From a virus, in IMG/VR virus record IMGVR_UViG_3300025133_000038, positions 1 to 64,000 of that record: DNA of 64,000 nucleotides, one strand, 5' to 3'. The position numbers were made by a program, and so were the translations under genes. This document shows, piece after piece, positions 18,731-27,319 of the stretch. The notes beneath the pieces were generated by a model. The model searched no databases and was not told where the DNA came from. It saw only the letters and a list, made by a program, of their open reading frames with translations. Each line of letters opens with the position of its first letter. The stretch's first letter is position 1.

Positions 18731-19077
18731 TGCCATACATTAGTAAAGAAGATAGAAAGTTCATTGATGATGAACTTAATCATTGGGTAGACGAAAGACA
18801 AGATACCTTACGTGGGATTGGTCTGGATTTTCAAGACCTAGCACACATTCTACGGAATGTTCCCTCCGATAAGACTAAGGGGGCGTTCAATTACTTTGTG
18901 AGTCGATTGTGGTCGCAGGTGTTCAACGTCCGCGAACTGGGCTATACGGACCTCTCAGACGCTATTGCGGTCTTTGGAGACATGGAAGCAGAGACGAGAC
19001 GACGACTGATGGATACTTATGAAGATTTCTGTATCACTGGGAATGGCGATTTACCTGAGTGGGAAAATATTAAATGA
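18730..19077 (+). CDS. Conserved phage hypothetical protein (MPYI...NGD type)
   Basis: MPYISKEDR, GAFNY, RRRLMDTYED..NGD pattern. Confidence 0.75.
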   Translation: MPYISKEDRKFIDDELNHWVDERQDTLRGIGLDFQDLAHILRNVPSDKTKGAFNYFVSRLWSQVFNVRELGYTDLSDAIAVFGDMEAETRRRLMDTYEDFCITGNGDLPEWENIK

Positions 19078-19688
19078 CGAATAGACTAAGAGGGTCAATG
19101 GCCTACCTTGCTGGTCCTATGGACCTAGTTCCTGACCGAGGTGTTGAATGGCGCATCGAAATATCAGAGTTTTTGTGGAAGATGGGAATAGGGGTGTTGA
19201 ATCCCTGTGACAACCCAGTAACAGACTCCCTTAAAGAGAATGATGGGTACTACGAACTAATCAAAGAGTTAAAGAAACAAGGCCGGTATGATGAGGTTGA
19301 GACGCTGGCTAAGAAGATAGTCAGGACAGACCTACACCTCATCGACCTATGTAACTTCTGCATTGTATATATTGATACGGACGTTCACTCGTCAGGTACT
19401 AATACGGAGTTGACTTACGCCTCGCTTGAGAAGAAGCCTGTAATTCTAATGTGTAAGCAGGGTAAGGCCGAGGTTCCCAACTTCTTATGGGGTATTGGGC
19501 TTGGACATAATAAATTCTTCAGTAATTGGAACGAAGTCAAAGAATACTTACTTCTTGTCGCCTATCAAAGACCTAATGCCGTTCCAGACTTTAGCGATTG
19601 GAGATTTATAGATTATAGTAAGGTATTTGGACCATGTTTAAATCAAGAGGAAAGCTACGCTACGGTAAGACCCGGTTTTGGGTTGTAG
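19074..19688 (+). CDS. Nucleoside 2-deoxyribosyltransferase-like / nucleotide N-glycosidase
   Basis: YLAGPM, WR, NP, D..., SSGTNTE motifs. Confidence 0.8.
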   Translation: MTNRLRGSMAYLAGPMDLVPDRGVEWRIEISEFLWKMGIGVLNPCDNPVTDSLKENDGYYELIKELKKQGRYDEVETLAKKIVRTDLHLIDLCNFCIVYIDTDVHSSGTNTELTYASLEKKPVILMCKQGKAEVPNFLWGIGLGHNKFFSNWNEVKEYLLLVAYQRPNAVPDFSDWRFIDYSKVFGPCLNQEESYATVRPGFGL

Positions 19689-20014
19689 TAGATTGTGATA
19701 TTGGTTTTTGCGATTACTATAAGAAATTGTATAGTCAGGCTACCCATAGGACTCGTCAGTTAATGGCTCCTATGTGGGGAGCGCATATTACAGTAGTAAG
19801 AAATGAAGTCCCGCCTAAACTAGTGCGATGGAACGCGCACGAGGGAGAAATAATAGAGTTCACATGGTATCCTGGTGTAGATAATAATGGGGTGCATTAC
19901 TGGCTTGATGTTGAGTGTGAAAGATTGTATGAGATTAGGGTTGAGTTAGGACTAGGTAAAGAACCTATCTATCCTTTCCATATGACTATCGGAAATAGAA
20001 AGCATGGCATATGA
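19634..20014 (+). CDS. 2H phosphoesterase family protein
   Basis: Two HxT motifs (HITV, HMTI). Confidence 0.75.
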   Translation: MFKSRGKLRYGKTRFWVVVDCDIGFCDYYKKLYSQATHRTRQLMAPMWGAHITVVRNEVPPKLVRWNAHEGEIIEFTWYPGVDNNGVHYWLDVECERLYEIRVELGLGKEPIYPFHMTIGNRKHGI

Positions 20015-20723
20015 GAAGGTTGGACAGAAAGAAATGAGCAACAAGCTAAATAAAAAAATTATGAAGTTTCATAATGCAGGCAAAGGATACGATGCTGTAA
20101 TTTTAACCTGTGGGCCATCATTAAATAATTATACCGAAGAACAGATATTGTCTTATTGTTCTAACAAGGTTGTCTTATGTGTTAAGCAAACCATAGATAT
20201 AGTACCTAATTTAAAGAGTTACTTTCATTTCTTTAATAAGTCTCACATGCCTAGTGATGGTAAGTACAAATATACACAAGACCCTCTATTGTCAATAGGC
20301 AGCGATAGTGTTACTTCTCAGGGGCTACCTAAGCATGATGTTTTCACTAAGATTGGAAAAATGAACAGTATGAAAAATTCTGTGTGTGGAGGTGTTAAGT
20401 TAGACCCATACAGATACTCTGTTCAAAAAGACAAACCTTGCGGTCCAGGAATAATGTTTGAAACAGTTTTCTTTTTCGCTCAACATTTAGGGGTTAGGTC
20501 TGTTACTATGATTGGGTGGGATGGATACTCAAAAGGATGCAAAAAACATAATCATTTTTATGAAACTAAACAGGCATCCCGCTGCACCTTTATAAAAGAA
20601 CATAATGAAGCTGCCGTTCCTGGGAGCAGACACATCTACGAATGGCTAAAGACACACAACTGTAAACTACAGATAGTGGGAGAGAGCCACATGCATAAAG
20701 ACATACCAAGGATTGAAATATGA
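20004..20723 (+). CDS. DUF115/Maf-like putative nonulosonate transferase
   Basis: AVILTCGPSL and LGVRSVTMIGWD..HFY motifs; next to neuB. Confidence 0.65.
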   Translation: MAYEKVGQKEMSNKLNKKIMKFHNAGKGYDAVILTCGPSLNNYTEEQILSYCSNKVVLCVKQTIDIVPNLKSYFHFFNKSHMPSDGKYKYTQDPLLSIGSDSVTSQGLPKHDVFTKIGKMNSMKNSVCGGVKLDPYRYSVQKDKPCGPGIMFETVFFFAQHLGVRSVTMIGWDGYSKGCKKHNHFYETKQASRCTFIKEHNEAAVPGSRHIYEWLKTHNCKLQIVGESHMHKDIPRIEI

Positions 20724-21547
20724 AAACGTATATCATAGCTGAAATTGGAATCAACCATAATGGTTCCTTGATGGATGCACTAGAACTAATGTGTGTAGCA
20801 CAACATGCTGGTTGTCATGCCGTAAAATTCCAAAAGCGTAATCCTGATGTTTGTGTACCAGAACACCAAAAGTGTATTGGTAAGGATACCCCCTGGGGGA
20901 CCATGTCCTACCTTGAATACAAAAAGAAGATAGAGTTTGATAAGCGTCAATTTGACGCAATCGACACCTATTCTAAAGACATAGGTATTGAGTGGTCAGC
21001 GAGCCCGTGGGATATAGACTCATTAGATTTCCTAATGCAGTACGACCTACCCTGGATTAAACTACCATCGGCAATGATAACGAATACTGAGTTGGTATCA
21101 CATTGTGCTGCTACTCACAAGAAGTTGATTATCTCAACAGGTATGTCAACAGAACAAGAGATTGATGATGTGGTCAAGCAGGTGAAGAGATACCATGACA
21201 ATTTCGTACTTATGCACTGTAATTCGACCTATCCTGCTCCTGTAGAGGAAATTGACCTATCTTGTATCAAGAAACTACAAGCCAAATATTTGTGCCCAGT
21301 TGGATATTCAGGACATGAGCTTGGGACAACGGTGACTTCTGCTTCTATTTATATGGGGGCGACCTATATTGAGCGACACATCACCTTAGACAAGGATAAT
21401 TGGGGAACTGACCAAGAGTGTTCCCTTGAGCCTTTAGAGCTACGGCTTCTAGTCGGGGAGATTCAGTTACTAGAACTAGCTAGGGGTAAGGGTATAATTG
21501 GTGTTACAGAGAGCGAAAAACCAGTGAGAAAGAAACTTAGAGGGTGA
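20720..21547 (+). CDS. neuB: N-acetylneuraminate/nonulosonate synthase (no SAF domain)
   Basis: IIAEIGINHNG, VKFQKR, STGM, HCNSTYP, GYSGHE, IERHITL. Confidence 0.95.
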   Translation: MKTYIIAEIGINHNGSLMDALELMCVAQHAGCHAVKFQKRNPDVCVPEHQKCIGKDTPWGTMSYLEYKKKIEFDKRQFDAIDTYSKDIGIEWSASPWDIDSLDFLMQYDLPWIKLPSAMITNTELVSHCAATHKKLIISTGMSTEQEIDDVVKQVKRYHDNFVLMHCNSTYPAPVEEIDLSCIKKLQAKYLCPVGYSGHELGTTVTSASIYMGATYIERHITLDKDNWGTDQECSLEPLELRLLVGEIQLLELARGKGIIGVTESEKPVRKKLRG

Positions 21548-22242
21548 AAGATAAAAGTAAAATAGTCCTGATGACACAGGCTCGCCTGTCGTCGCAGAGA
21601 ATACCGCAAAAGATGATACTTCCGTTTGGACCTGATGACAAGAGTTTATTCCGCATATGTCTTGAGAAACTAGAACTTATTAAGGATATGACGGGATATA
21701 ACACATATGTTTCTATTCGTGAGGAAGAACTTCTTGAAGATACTAAGTTTGAGAAACAGGAAATACAAACCAAGATATTCAGAAGAAGTGAACAGTCTGC
21801 TGTCGCAGATACGGGTTTAACCTCAATATATGAGTGGTATCAGAGATTCTTAGACGAAGGGTATGAATATGTCATAATGGTTAATGCCTGTATGCCTTTC
21901 TTAAAGACCGACACGATAGTAAACTTTTTCGATGTGTTTGCTGAAAGTTCAGACGAGGGTATGTTCGGGGTAATCTCAAAAAAGGATTACTTCTGGGGTC
22001 CACACGGCCTCCTGAACGAGTGGCCCGTTGGTCAAGACCTAATGAATACCAAAGCTGTAGCACCGACCTGTCAGGCCGCTCACGCCCTCTACGCGAGCCG
22101 TATAGACGCGATTCCGCAGGGATACTGGATGGCGAGGATGCCAGAGGAAATGCCCAAACTCTTTCCTCTGCCTGAATATGAATGTTTAGATATTGATGAA
22201 CAGTGGCAGTTTGATATGTGTAAGAGACTATACAACAAATGA
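21544..22242 (+). CDS. neuA: CMP-nonulosonate synthetase (acylneuraminate cytidylyltransferase)
   Basis: QARLSSQRIPQK, C.PF, DID motifs; follows neuB. Confidence 0.85.
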   Translation: MKDKSKIVLMTQARLSSQRIPQKMILPFGPDDKSLFRICLEKLELIKDMTGYNTYVSIREEELLEDTKFEKQEIQTKIFRRSEQSAVADTGLTSIYEWYQRFLDEGYEYVIMVNACMPFLKTDTIVNFFDVFAESSDEGMFGVISKKDYFWGPHGLLNEWPVGQDLMNTKAVAPTCQAAHALYASRIDAIPQGYWMARMPEEMPKLFPLPEYECLDIDEQWQFDMCKRLYNK

Positions 22243-22850
22243 TAAAACTAAAGAACAGCGTGTTTCTCCATGTCCCTAAGACTGGTGGTAAGTGGGTTTC
22301 TTCAATATTAACAAGCCCTCCAATAAATGCCTCCGTGATGAAAGGAACTAAGAATGTTGTAGTGGTAGGTCACTCGATACACAATATAGAGTATGACTTA
22401 GATAAGCCCTGTTTTTGTTTCGTTAGACATCCTCTCAGTTGGTATCGGTCATATTGGAGCTTTCGATGGGCAACCAATACGTGGAACAGAACACACAATA
22501 ACAATTTACTGCCTATGTTCGATATGTTTTGCAAAGACCATAATTTTGCGACATATGTAGACAAGGTGATTAGTTGGAATGAGCATAATGGCTCCGTTTT
22601 AAATTCGCTATATGGTTATTTCACTCCTCATTGTGATTTTATAGGTAGGCAAGAGACACTTCAGGAGGATTTGGAGAGGGTATTATCGTTGTACGAAGGG
22701 ATAACCCTTAAAGACTTTCCAGACAAGAAAAACGAAAGTCCCTCACTTGTGAAATTCAATCCAGGCCAGCTAGATAAGCTGATGAAGTTAGACAGAAGCA
22801 TAATAGACCAATTCAACTACGACTACATTCCAGATGAGTTTCAAACATGA
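22239..22850 (+). CDS. Sulfotransferase (family 2)
   Basis: FLHVPKTGG and FVRHPLSWYRS PAPS-binding motifs. Confidence 0.85.
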   Translation: MIKLKNSVFLHVPKTGGKWVSSILTSPPINASVMKGTKNVVVVGHSIHNIEYDLDKPCFCFVRHPLSWYRSYWSFRWATNTWNRTHNNNLLPMFDMFCKDHNFATYVDKVISWNEHNGSVLNSLYGYFTPHCDFIGRQETLQEDLERVLSLYEGITLKDFPDKKNESPSLVKFNPGQLDKLMKLDRSIIDQFNYDYIPDEFQT

Positions 22851-23557
22851 AGTGCCATTGCTGTGAAGGTGAATATAAGCCACAAGATAAAGATTTCGTT
22901 TATAGAGAGTGTTCGGTCTGTAGGCATAGGTTTCGCCCCTATAAAGACAGTATAGGCTTTCATACTACAGAATATAGGACTAAAACGACCTCTCATCGTG
23001 TTAAAAATGAGTTTGATGCAGACAGGAAGGTGTTGCCAGCGTTTCACGAGTCCAGGCGATGGATTTCTAAGAGTAGGGTTGACAAAGTACGAGACTTCGT
23101 ATACAATGAAGATAAGTTGCTCGACGTTGGCTCAGGAGGTGGGAGTTTTGCTAGTCATGTAGCTTTGTTGGTAGATACTGTCCATTGTTTGGACTTAGAC
23201 CCTAGCTTAACTGATGAATCGACTAGATTGGGATTCACAACGTGGAATGCGGACTTTTTGGCTGCTGATGTTGATTCTCACTACGATGTGGTGACTAATT
23301 GGCATGTTCTTGAACATACAGATGACCCGATAGAGATTTTATGGAAGGTATACAGTTTAAACCCAAGAGTATTCTTCTGTGAGGTTCCTACAAACAGGCC
23401 ACTACCAGCAGTATTTTGCGGCCATGTCCATATGTTTACTAGAATGTCTATGGAGGCTCTGTTCACTAGGGTGTTCAATGAAGTAACAGGATATTCATTC
23501 ACAATAACTGAGGGTATTCAAAAACCCGCTATAACAGCTACAGTAAAGAGACTATGA
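22847..23557 (+). CDS. Class I SAM-dependent methyltransferase
   Basis: N-terminal Cys pairs; LDVGSGGG; HVLEH. Confidence 0.9.
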   Translation: MKCHCCEGEYKPQDKDFVYRECSVCRHRFRPYKDSIGFHTTEYRTKTTSHRVKNEFDADRKVLPAFHESRRWISKSRVDKVRDFVYNEDKLLDVGSGGGSFASHVALLVDTVHCLDLDPSLTDESTRLGFTTWNADFLAADVDSHYDVVTNWHVLEHTDDPIEILWKVYSLNPRVFFCEVPTNRPLPAVFCGHVHMFTRMSMEALFTRVFNEVTGYSFTITEGIQKPAITATVKRL

Positions 23558-23916
23558 GAAAAACATTCTTTATAGATATTGATGGAACCGTCCTTTATCA
23601 GGATACTCCAGAAGAACAAGAAAGATATGGTCCTGAACAAAGAATAACAGATGCCCTCCCAGGGGCCTTAGATAAACTTAAAGAGCTAGAGGCGCAAGGA
23701 CATTGCATTGTCTTTGTCTCTGCAAGAAAAGAAAGCCTTAGAGACTTGACAGTTAAACAGTTGGGAAAATGGAATTTACCATACGACCACTTAATTATGG
23801 GAATTGGACAAGGAGAGCGAGTATTGATTAACAACAGAAAAACAGGAGACAAGGAAGATAGGGCGAGAGCCTTTAACGTAAACATGAATGAGGGTTTAAC
23901 TGACCTTCTGGTGTAA
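23554..23916 (+). CDS. HAD-family phosphatase
   Basis: FIDIDGT and SAR motifs. Confidence 0.85.
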   Translation: MRKTFFIDIDGTVLYQDTPEEQERYGPEQRITDALPGALDKLKELEAQGHCIVFVSARKESLRDLTVKQLGKWNLPYDHLIMGIGQGERVLINNRKTGDKEDRARAFNVNMNEGLTDLLV

Positions 23917-23927
23917 AATACTTATAT

Positions 23928-24247
23928 GGGGATGAACTGGTATCGACTGACAATGAGAACAGATTATTTGCACGTAGTGGGTGATTCGAAGGGCCACTTA
24001 AAAAATCAAATCAACAACATTAACTGCAAACTTAAATGTAAGCGTAATGACAGGTGCCCTAGCTGGCACAAGCCGTTCCTTGACCGGAACAAAAACCCGT
24101 TCTTTAACCGGAACTTTCGCCCTAGCTGCGTAAGCCAAAAGCTGGACAGAGTGATGATAGTTGTCAATAACTTAAATTGACTAAACGTGTAGACGGTAAA
24201 CATAGTAATGTTGTGCAGCTACGAGGGTTCGACTCCCTCCATCTCCA
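23928..24247 (+). ncRNA. ssrA: tmRNA
   Basis: GGGGATG/CATCTCC-A acceptor with G3.U70; GAGGG-TTCGACT-CCCTC T arm; tag ORF 24026-24133 ending FALAA-stop. Confidence 0.95.
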
Positions 24248-24303
24248 CTTATGTTTCCCTCATCTCCACTTTTGGAGAATTTGGGAATTTTTTCCACAAC
24301 CCC

Positions 24304-24331
24304 TTGACAAAACCGATTTTAGGTGTATGAT
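24304..24331 (+). promoter_or_regulatory. sigma70-like promoter
   Basis: TTGACA-N16-TATGAT. Confidence 0.8.
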
Positions 24332-24341
24332 AGGGGAGCAA

Positions 24342-24413
24342 GGCCCATTAGTCTAGTGGTTAGGACGCTAGCTTCTCAAGCTAGAATCAGGAGTTCAATT
24401 CTCCTATGGGCTA
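24342..24413 (+). tRNA. tRNA-Glu(CTC)
   Basis: Cloverleaf; CTAGC-TTCTCAA-GCTAG. Confidence 0.95.
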
Positions 24414-24439
24414 CTAAAACACTAAGTAAGAAAGCTAAA

Positions 24440-24643
24440 ATGAAGTACTACGTATCAAACATTAAACATAGCATCGTCCTAGATGCTGAGAGCAAACAGC
24501 TCGCCGCAGATAAGTTTGCAGGTATCCTGCACGCTCGCGGTATTGATGCGTCTGGACTCGTTGATGTTAATGAGAAGGGGTTTCCGAATCCCTATGCTTT
24601 TAACTATGATACGATTAACCTCGTAGAGATTAGCGCAGCTTAG
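24440..24643 (+). CDS. Hypothetical protein
   Basis: ORF after tRNA. Confidence 0.7.
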   Translation: MKYYVSNIKHSIVLDAESKQLAADKFAGILHARGIDASGLVDVNEKGFPNPYAFNYDTINLVEISAA

Positions 24644-24723
24644 TTGGTGACGCTTGAAAAATTTTATACTTTCTACCGTCCTAGATTAAACGAGACAAAT
24701 CCTGAGAAAATTTTTTGAACCCC

Positions 24724-24751
24724 TTGACAAATTGGAAATTTCATCTAAAAT
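24724..24751 (+). promoter_or_regulatory. sigma70-like promoter
   Basis: TTGACA-N16-TAAAAT. Confidence 0.75.
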
Positions 24752-24909
24752 GAAGAAGTCAGAACGAAAGCGAGTTCGACAGGAACGAAACTTGCGTAAG
24801 AACAAGAGAAGTATGGGGGCATTTGATGTTGACCCTGATGGTCGTAACGACAAGGAAGTTCGTAATGCTGATATTGAATATGCAGACGCTTTAGTAAGGG
24901 AAATTGAAG

Positions 24910-25179
24910 ATGACTATGCAGGCAAGGTATCTCGTTCGTCCAGACGATAGTATGATTTTTGAGTATGTTGAGGAATATGGTGTCTATCAGATAAGGAATG
25001 GTCCTACTGACCTAAAAGGTAATAGACCTAAGCCGTATGCTCACTTTACTTACGAAAACTTGACTGAGAACTATGATTTCTTTCCAATCTCAGTAGGTGA
25101 GTTCTCCTTTTGGGAGGAAAAGAATAAGAAGCATTATCAAGAAATGCAACAAGAGTTAAATAAGAAACACTATGGGTGA
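24910..25179 (+). CDS. Hypothetical protein
   Basis: ORF; start uncertain. Confidence 0.65.
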   Translation: MTMQARYLVRPDDSMIFEYVEEYGVYQIRNGPTDLKGNRPKPYAHFTYENLTENYDFFPISVGEFSFWEEKNKKHYQEMQQELNKKHYG

Positions 25180-25246
25180 GGTAGCTCAGTCCGGTAGAGC
25201 AGGGTCGCGCGGCCCGTGTGCGTTGGTTCAAATCCAACCCTTCCCA
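25174..25246 (+). ncRNA. tRNA-like RNA lacking an anticodon loop
   Basis: Canonical D arm (TAGCTCAG..GGTAGAGC) and T arm; anticodon stem GGGTC/GGCCC closed by 4-nt GCGC. Confidence 0.8.
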
Positions 25247-25454
25247 CTTTGATGGCCGAGGCATGGTTGTCATACTAAGAGTTTGAAGCTGCGCAGCACG
25301 AAGCACAACGGAGTTGCAACTCCTAGTAAGCTAAGTAAAGCACTTAGTAGAGGGTTCAAATCCCTTAGGCTTGTTTATAATATCCCGCTGGGGGATTACT
25401 GTTGAAAGACACCCCAAGAAATCCACGACGGGATTAAAAAATATCGTGGAAGAT

Positions 25455-25529
25455 GGTGCGGTAGCTCAGTCTGGTAGAGCGATTGGTTGAAGCCCAGTGA
25501 CAGCGGAGGTTCAAATCCTCCTCGTACCA
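25455..25529 (+). tRNA. tRNA-Phe(GAA)
   Basis: Cloverleaf; ATTGG-TTGAAGC-CCAGT. Confidence 0.95.
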
Positions 25530-25535
25530 CTTTAA

Positions 25536-25608
25536 CGCCTAGGGTCCAAATGGTAATGGAGTCGGATTGTCTATCCGAATGCTGCGGGTTCGATTCCCGT
25601 CTGGGTGG
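25536..25608 (+). tRNA. tRNA-Asp(GTC)
   Basis: TCGGA-TTGTCTA-TCCGA. Confidence 0.9.
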
Positions 25609-25639
25609 CTTACTAACGGTTTTTGCAGAAAGAGACATT

Positions 25640-25864
25640 ATGAATACGACATTTGTATTATGGATGATTGCTGCTAATCAAGCAGGTTGGGCTTTGGGGT
25701 ATACTCTATTAGCCAACGATATGATGCCTGAGATTCCTATTAAGAAGGTTGACTGGGCTGAGCGGGCTGCTAGACCACTATCTACCAATACGGGTGATAG
25801 CTGGACCAACCAAGCTAATGAGAAGTTAAATAAGATTGCGATGGTGAGAATCTATGATAACTAA
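25640..25864 (+). CDS. Hypothetical protein
   Basis: ORF between tRNAs. Confidence 0.6.
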   Translation: MNTTFVLWMIAANQAGWALGYTLLANDMMPEIPIKKVDWAERAARPLSTNTGDSWTNQANEKLNKIAMVRIYDN

Positions 25865-26063
25865 AGATATTGAAGATGCAGCAAAAGAACACTTAAGAAA
25901 ATATCCTAATTTTGATATTGAGTCTTTTCTTGAATGGGCTTTGAATAAAAAACGTAAGGGTTGGATGACACAGATGGTTAATAAGCATGGTGTTGACATC
26001 TCTTTCTTAAACAAGAAACGTAAAAGACAGAGAAGTTTCATTCGTTATGTTGAATCTTCTTGA
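25854..26063 (+). CDS. Hypothetical basic protein
   Basis: Coupled ORF. Confidence 0.6.
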   Translation: MITKDIEDAAKEHLRKYPNFDIESFLEWALNKKRKGWMTQMVNKHGVDISFLNKKRKRQRSFIRYVESS

Positions 26064-26068
26064 GATAC

Positions 26069-26141
26069 GCTCTAGGGTCCAAATGGTAATGGAGGCTGAT
26101 TGTCTATCAGCACGTTGCGGGTTCGACTCCCGTTTGGAGCG
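26069..26141 (+). tRNA. tRNA-Asp(GTC), second copy
   Basis: GCTGA-TTGTCTA-TCAGC. Confidence 0.9.
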
Positions 26142-26207
26142 CTAATGGTTCCGTAAGGAACCTCTTGGTTTGGGTGACGCTTCCAAGTAAAACAAAACGC
26201 GAAGCTA

Positions 26208-26293
26208 GGGAGGTATTCCACATGGGTGTCTGTAAAACACTTGGCCTTGTTGTATGTGGTGGTTGCCGGGGGGTTCAATTCCCTTACTTCCCA
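26208..26293 (+). tRNA. tRNA-Tyr(GTA), D-armless
   Basis: GGGAGGT/ACTTCCC; GGTGT-CTGTAAA-ACACT; long variable region; D region only 10 nt. Confidence 0.8.
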
Positions 26294-26297
26294 CTTT

Positions 26298-26392
26298 AGT
26301 GACGTTGGGATAGTCTGGTAATCCACCTGTCTTGGAAACAGGAGCCTACAAGCCGAACTTGTGGGTCGTCGGTTCGAATCCGACCGTCGCTA
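26298..26392 (+). tRNA. tRNA-Pro(TGG) with long variable arm
   Basis: CCTGT-CTTGGAA-ACAGG; 9-bp extra arm GCCTACAAG/CTTGTGGGT. Confidence 0.85.
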
Positions 26393-26394
26393 CT

Positions 26395-26618
26395 GCGGCT
26401 TTGCTGCCATTAGGATAATGGGTGAGGAGTATGAGGGAGAAGGTTTACCGCCGACTCCTGCAATCTACCCATGAATACGGTGGTGGGTGGTACAAAGTTG
26501 CTCGGTGGCTTTGCCGCATAAGTTAGTCTTAGTGACATAGGAAGGGTTGGATTTGCCGTCCAAGGTCAGTACTCTCACTAAGGGTTATTTCTTATGTGGG
26601 TGGCACATGGTCGCCACA
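26395..26618 (+). ncRNA. Structured intergenic RNA (two rod hairpins)
   Basis: GCGGCTTTG/CAAAGTTGC, ATGGGT/ACCCAT, AGGAGT/ACTCCT; CTTAGTGA/TCACTAAG. Confidence 0.5.
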
Positions 26619-26619
26619 T

Positions 26620-26691
26620 GGTCTGTAGGTGTAATGGTTGCATTGCGAGCTTTTAACTCGTTAGGACGGAGTTCGACTCTCCGGCGGACCA
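26620..26691 (+). tRNA. tRNA-Lys(TTT)
   Basis: GCGAG-CTTTTAA-CTCGT. Confidence 0.9.
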
Positions 26692-26705
26692 CTTAGGAGA
26701 ATATT

Positions 26706-26936
26706 ATGGATATATGGACACTCAATAAGGAAGAAACGGATAGGGTTCAGACCCTAGCTGAAAAAATGCTGGATGATAGGCGTTTGACGGGTGAAGAAAG
26801 AAGGCGTTTCTATGCAACCGCTATCTCCTTTGCTCTTTCTACCTTAAAGGGTAAGGATGTTGGGTTTAATCATGTCTTACTTAAAATGGAAATAGGGGAG
26901 CTACTCAATGCAAAGCAAACATGCTCACTGTCCTGA
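26706..26936 (+). CDS. Hypothetical protein
   Basis: AGGAG RBS. Confidence 0.75.
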   Translation: MDIWTLNKEETDRVQTLAEKMLDDRRLTGEERRRFYATAISFALSTLKGKDVGFNHVLLKMEIGELLNAKQTCSLS

Positions 26937-27105
26937 ACACATTACATATCCTGCCAATAAGATGCTTCCCAAGGAAGCCCTGGCGACAGAGACAAATAAC
27001 GAAGGAAGAATATTGCGTAGCCGTTCACAGGCAAGCAGTAAAGAAATAAAAAGGATTCACACTAGAAGGTCTAGGCGATTTCTAAAAGATAACTTAGACT
27101 ACTAA
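26908..27105 (+). CDS. Hypothetical basic protein
   Basis: GGGAG RBS. Confidence 0.55.
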   Translation: MQSKHAHCPEHITYPANKMLPKEALATETNNEGRILRSRSQASSKEIKRIHTRRSRRFLKDNLDY

Positions 27106-27319
27106 AACAGAAAGAGTTACTGTGTCATGCGAACTAAGAAGAGTAAATATCTCTCCACTTGGGAGCATATTCAGTTAGAATTTTGGAGTAAACTATTCAT
27201 ATGGTCGTGCAAGTCAAGAGTTCGCACTATATGCGTACCAGAAATAGTATGTAATTGGATTGACAAACAGGTATGGAAACAACTTAGAAAGATTCCTAAA
27301 TAAAAAGGTGCAACCTATT

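Noticed and set aside
23926-24203. ORFs 23926..24180 (+) and 24006..24203 (-)
   Set aside because: They overlap the tmRNA; the real coding part is the tag frame 24026-24133
24240-24271. att-site duplication of the tmRNA 3' end (CATCTCCACTT twice)
   Set aside because: Only 11 bp, 21 nt apart, no integrase in the window; better explained as a local duplication or hairpin
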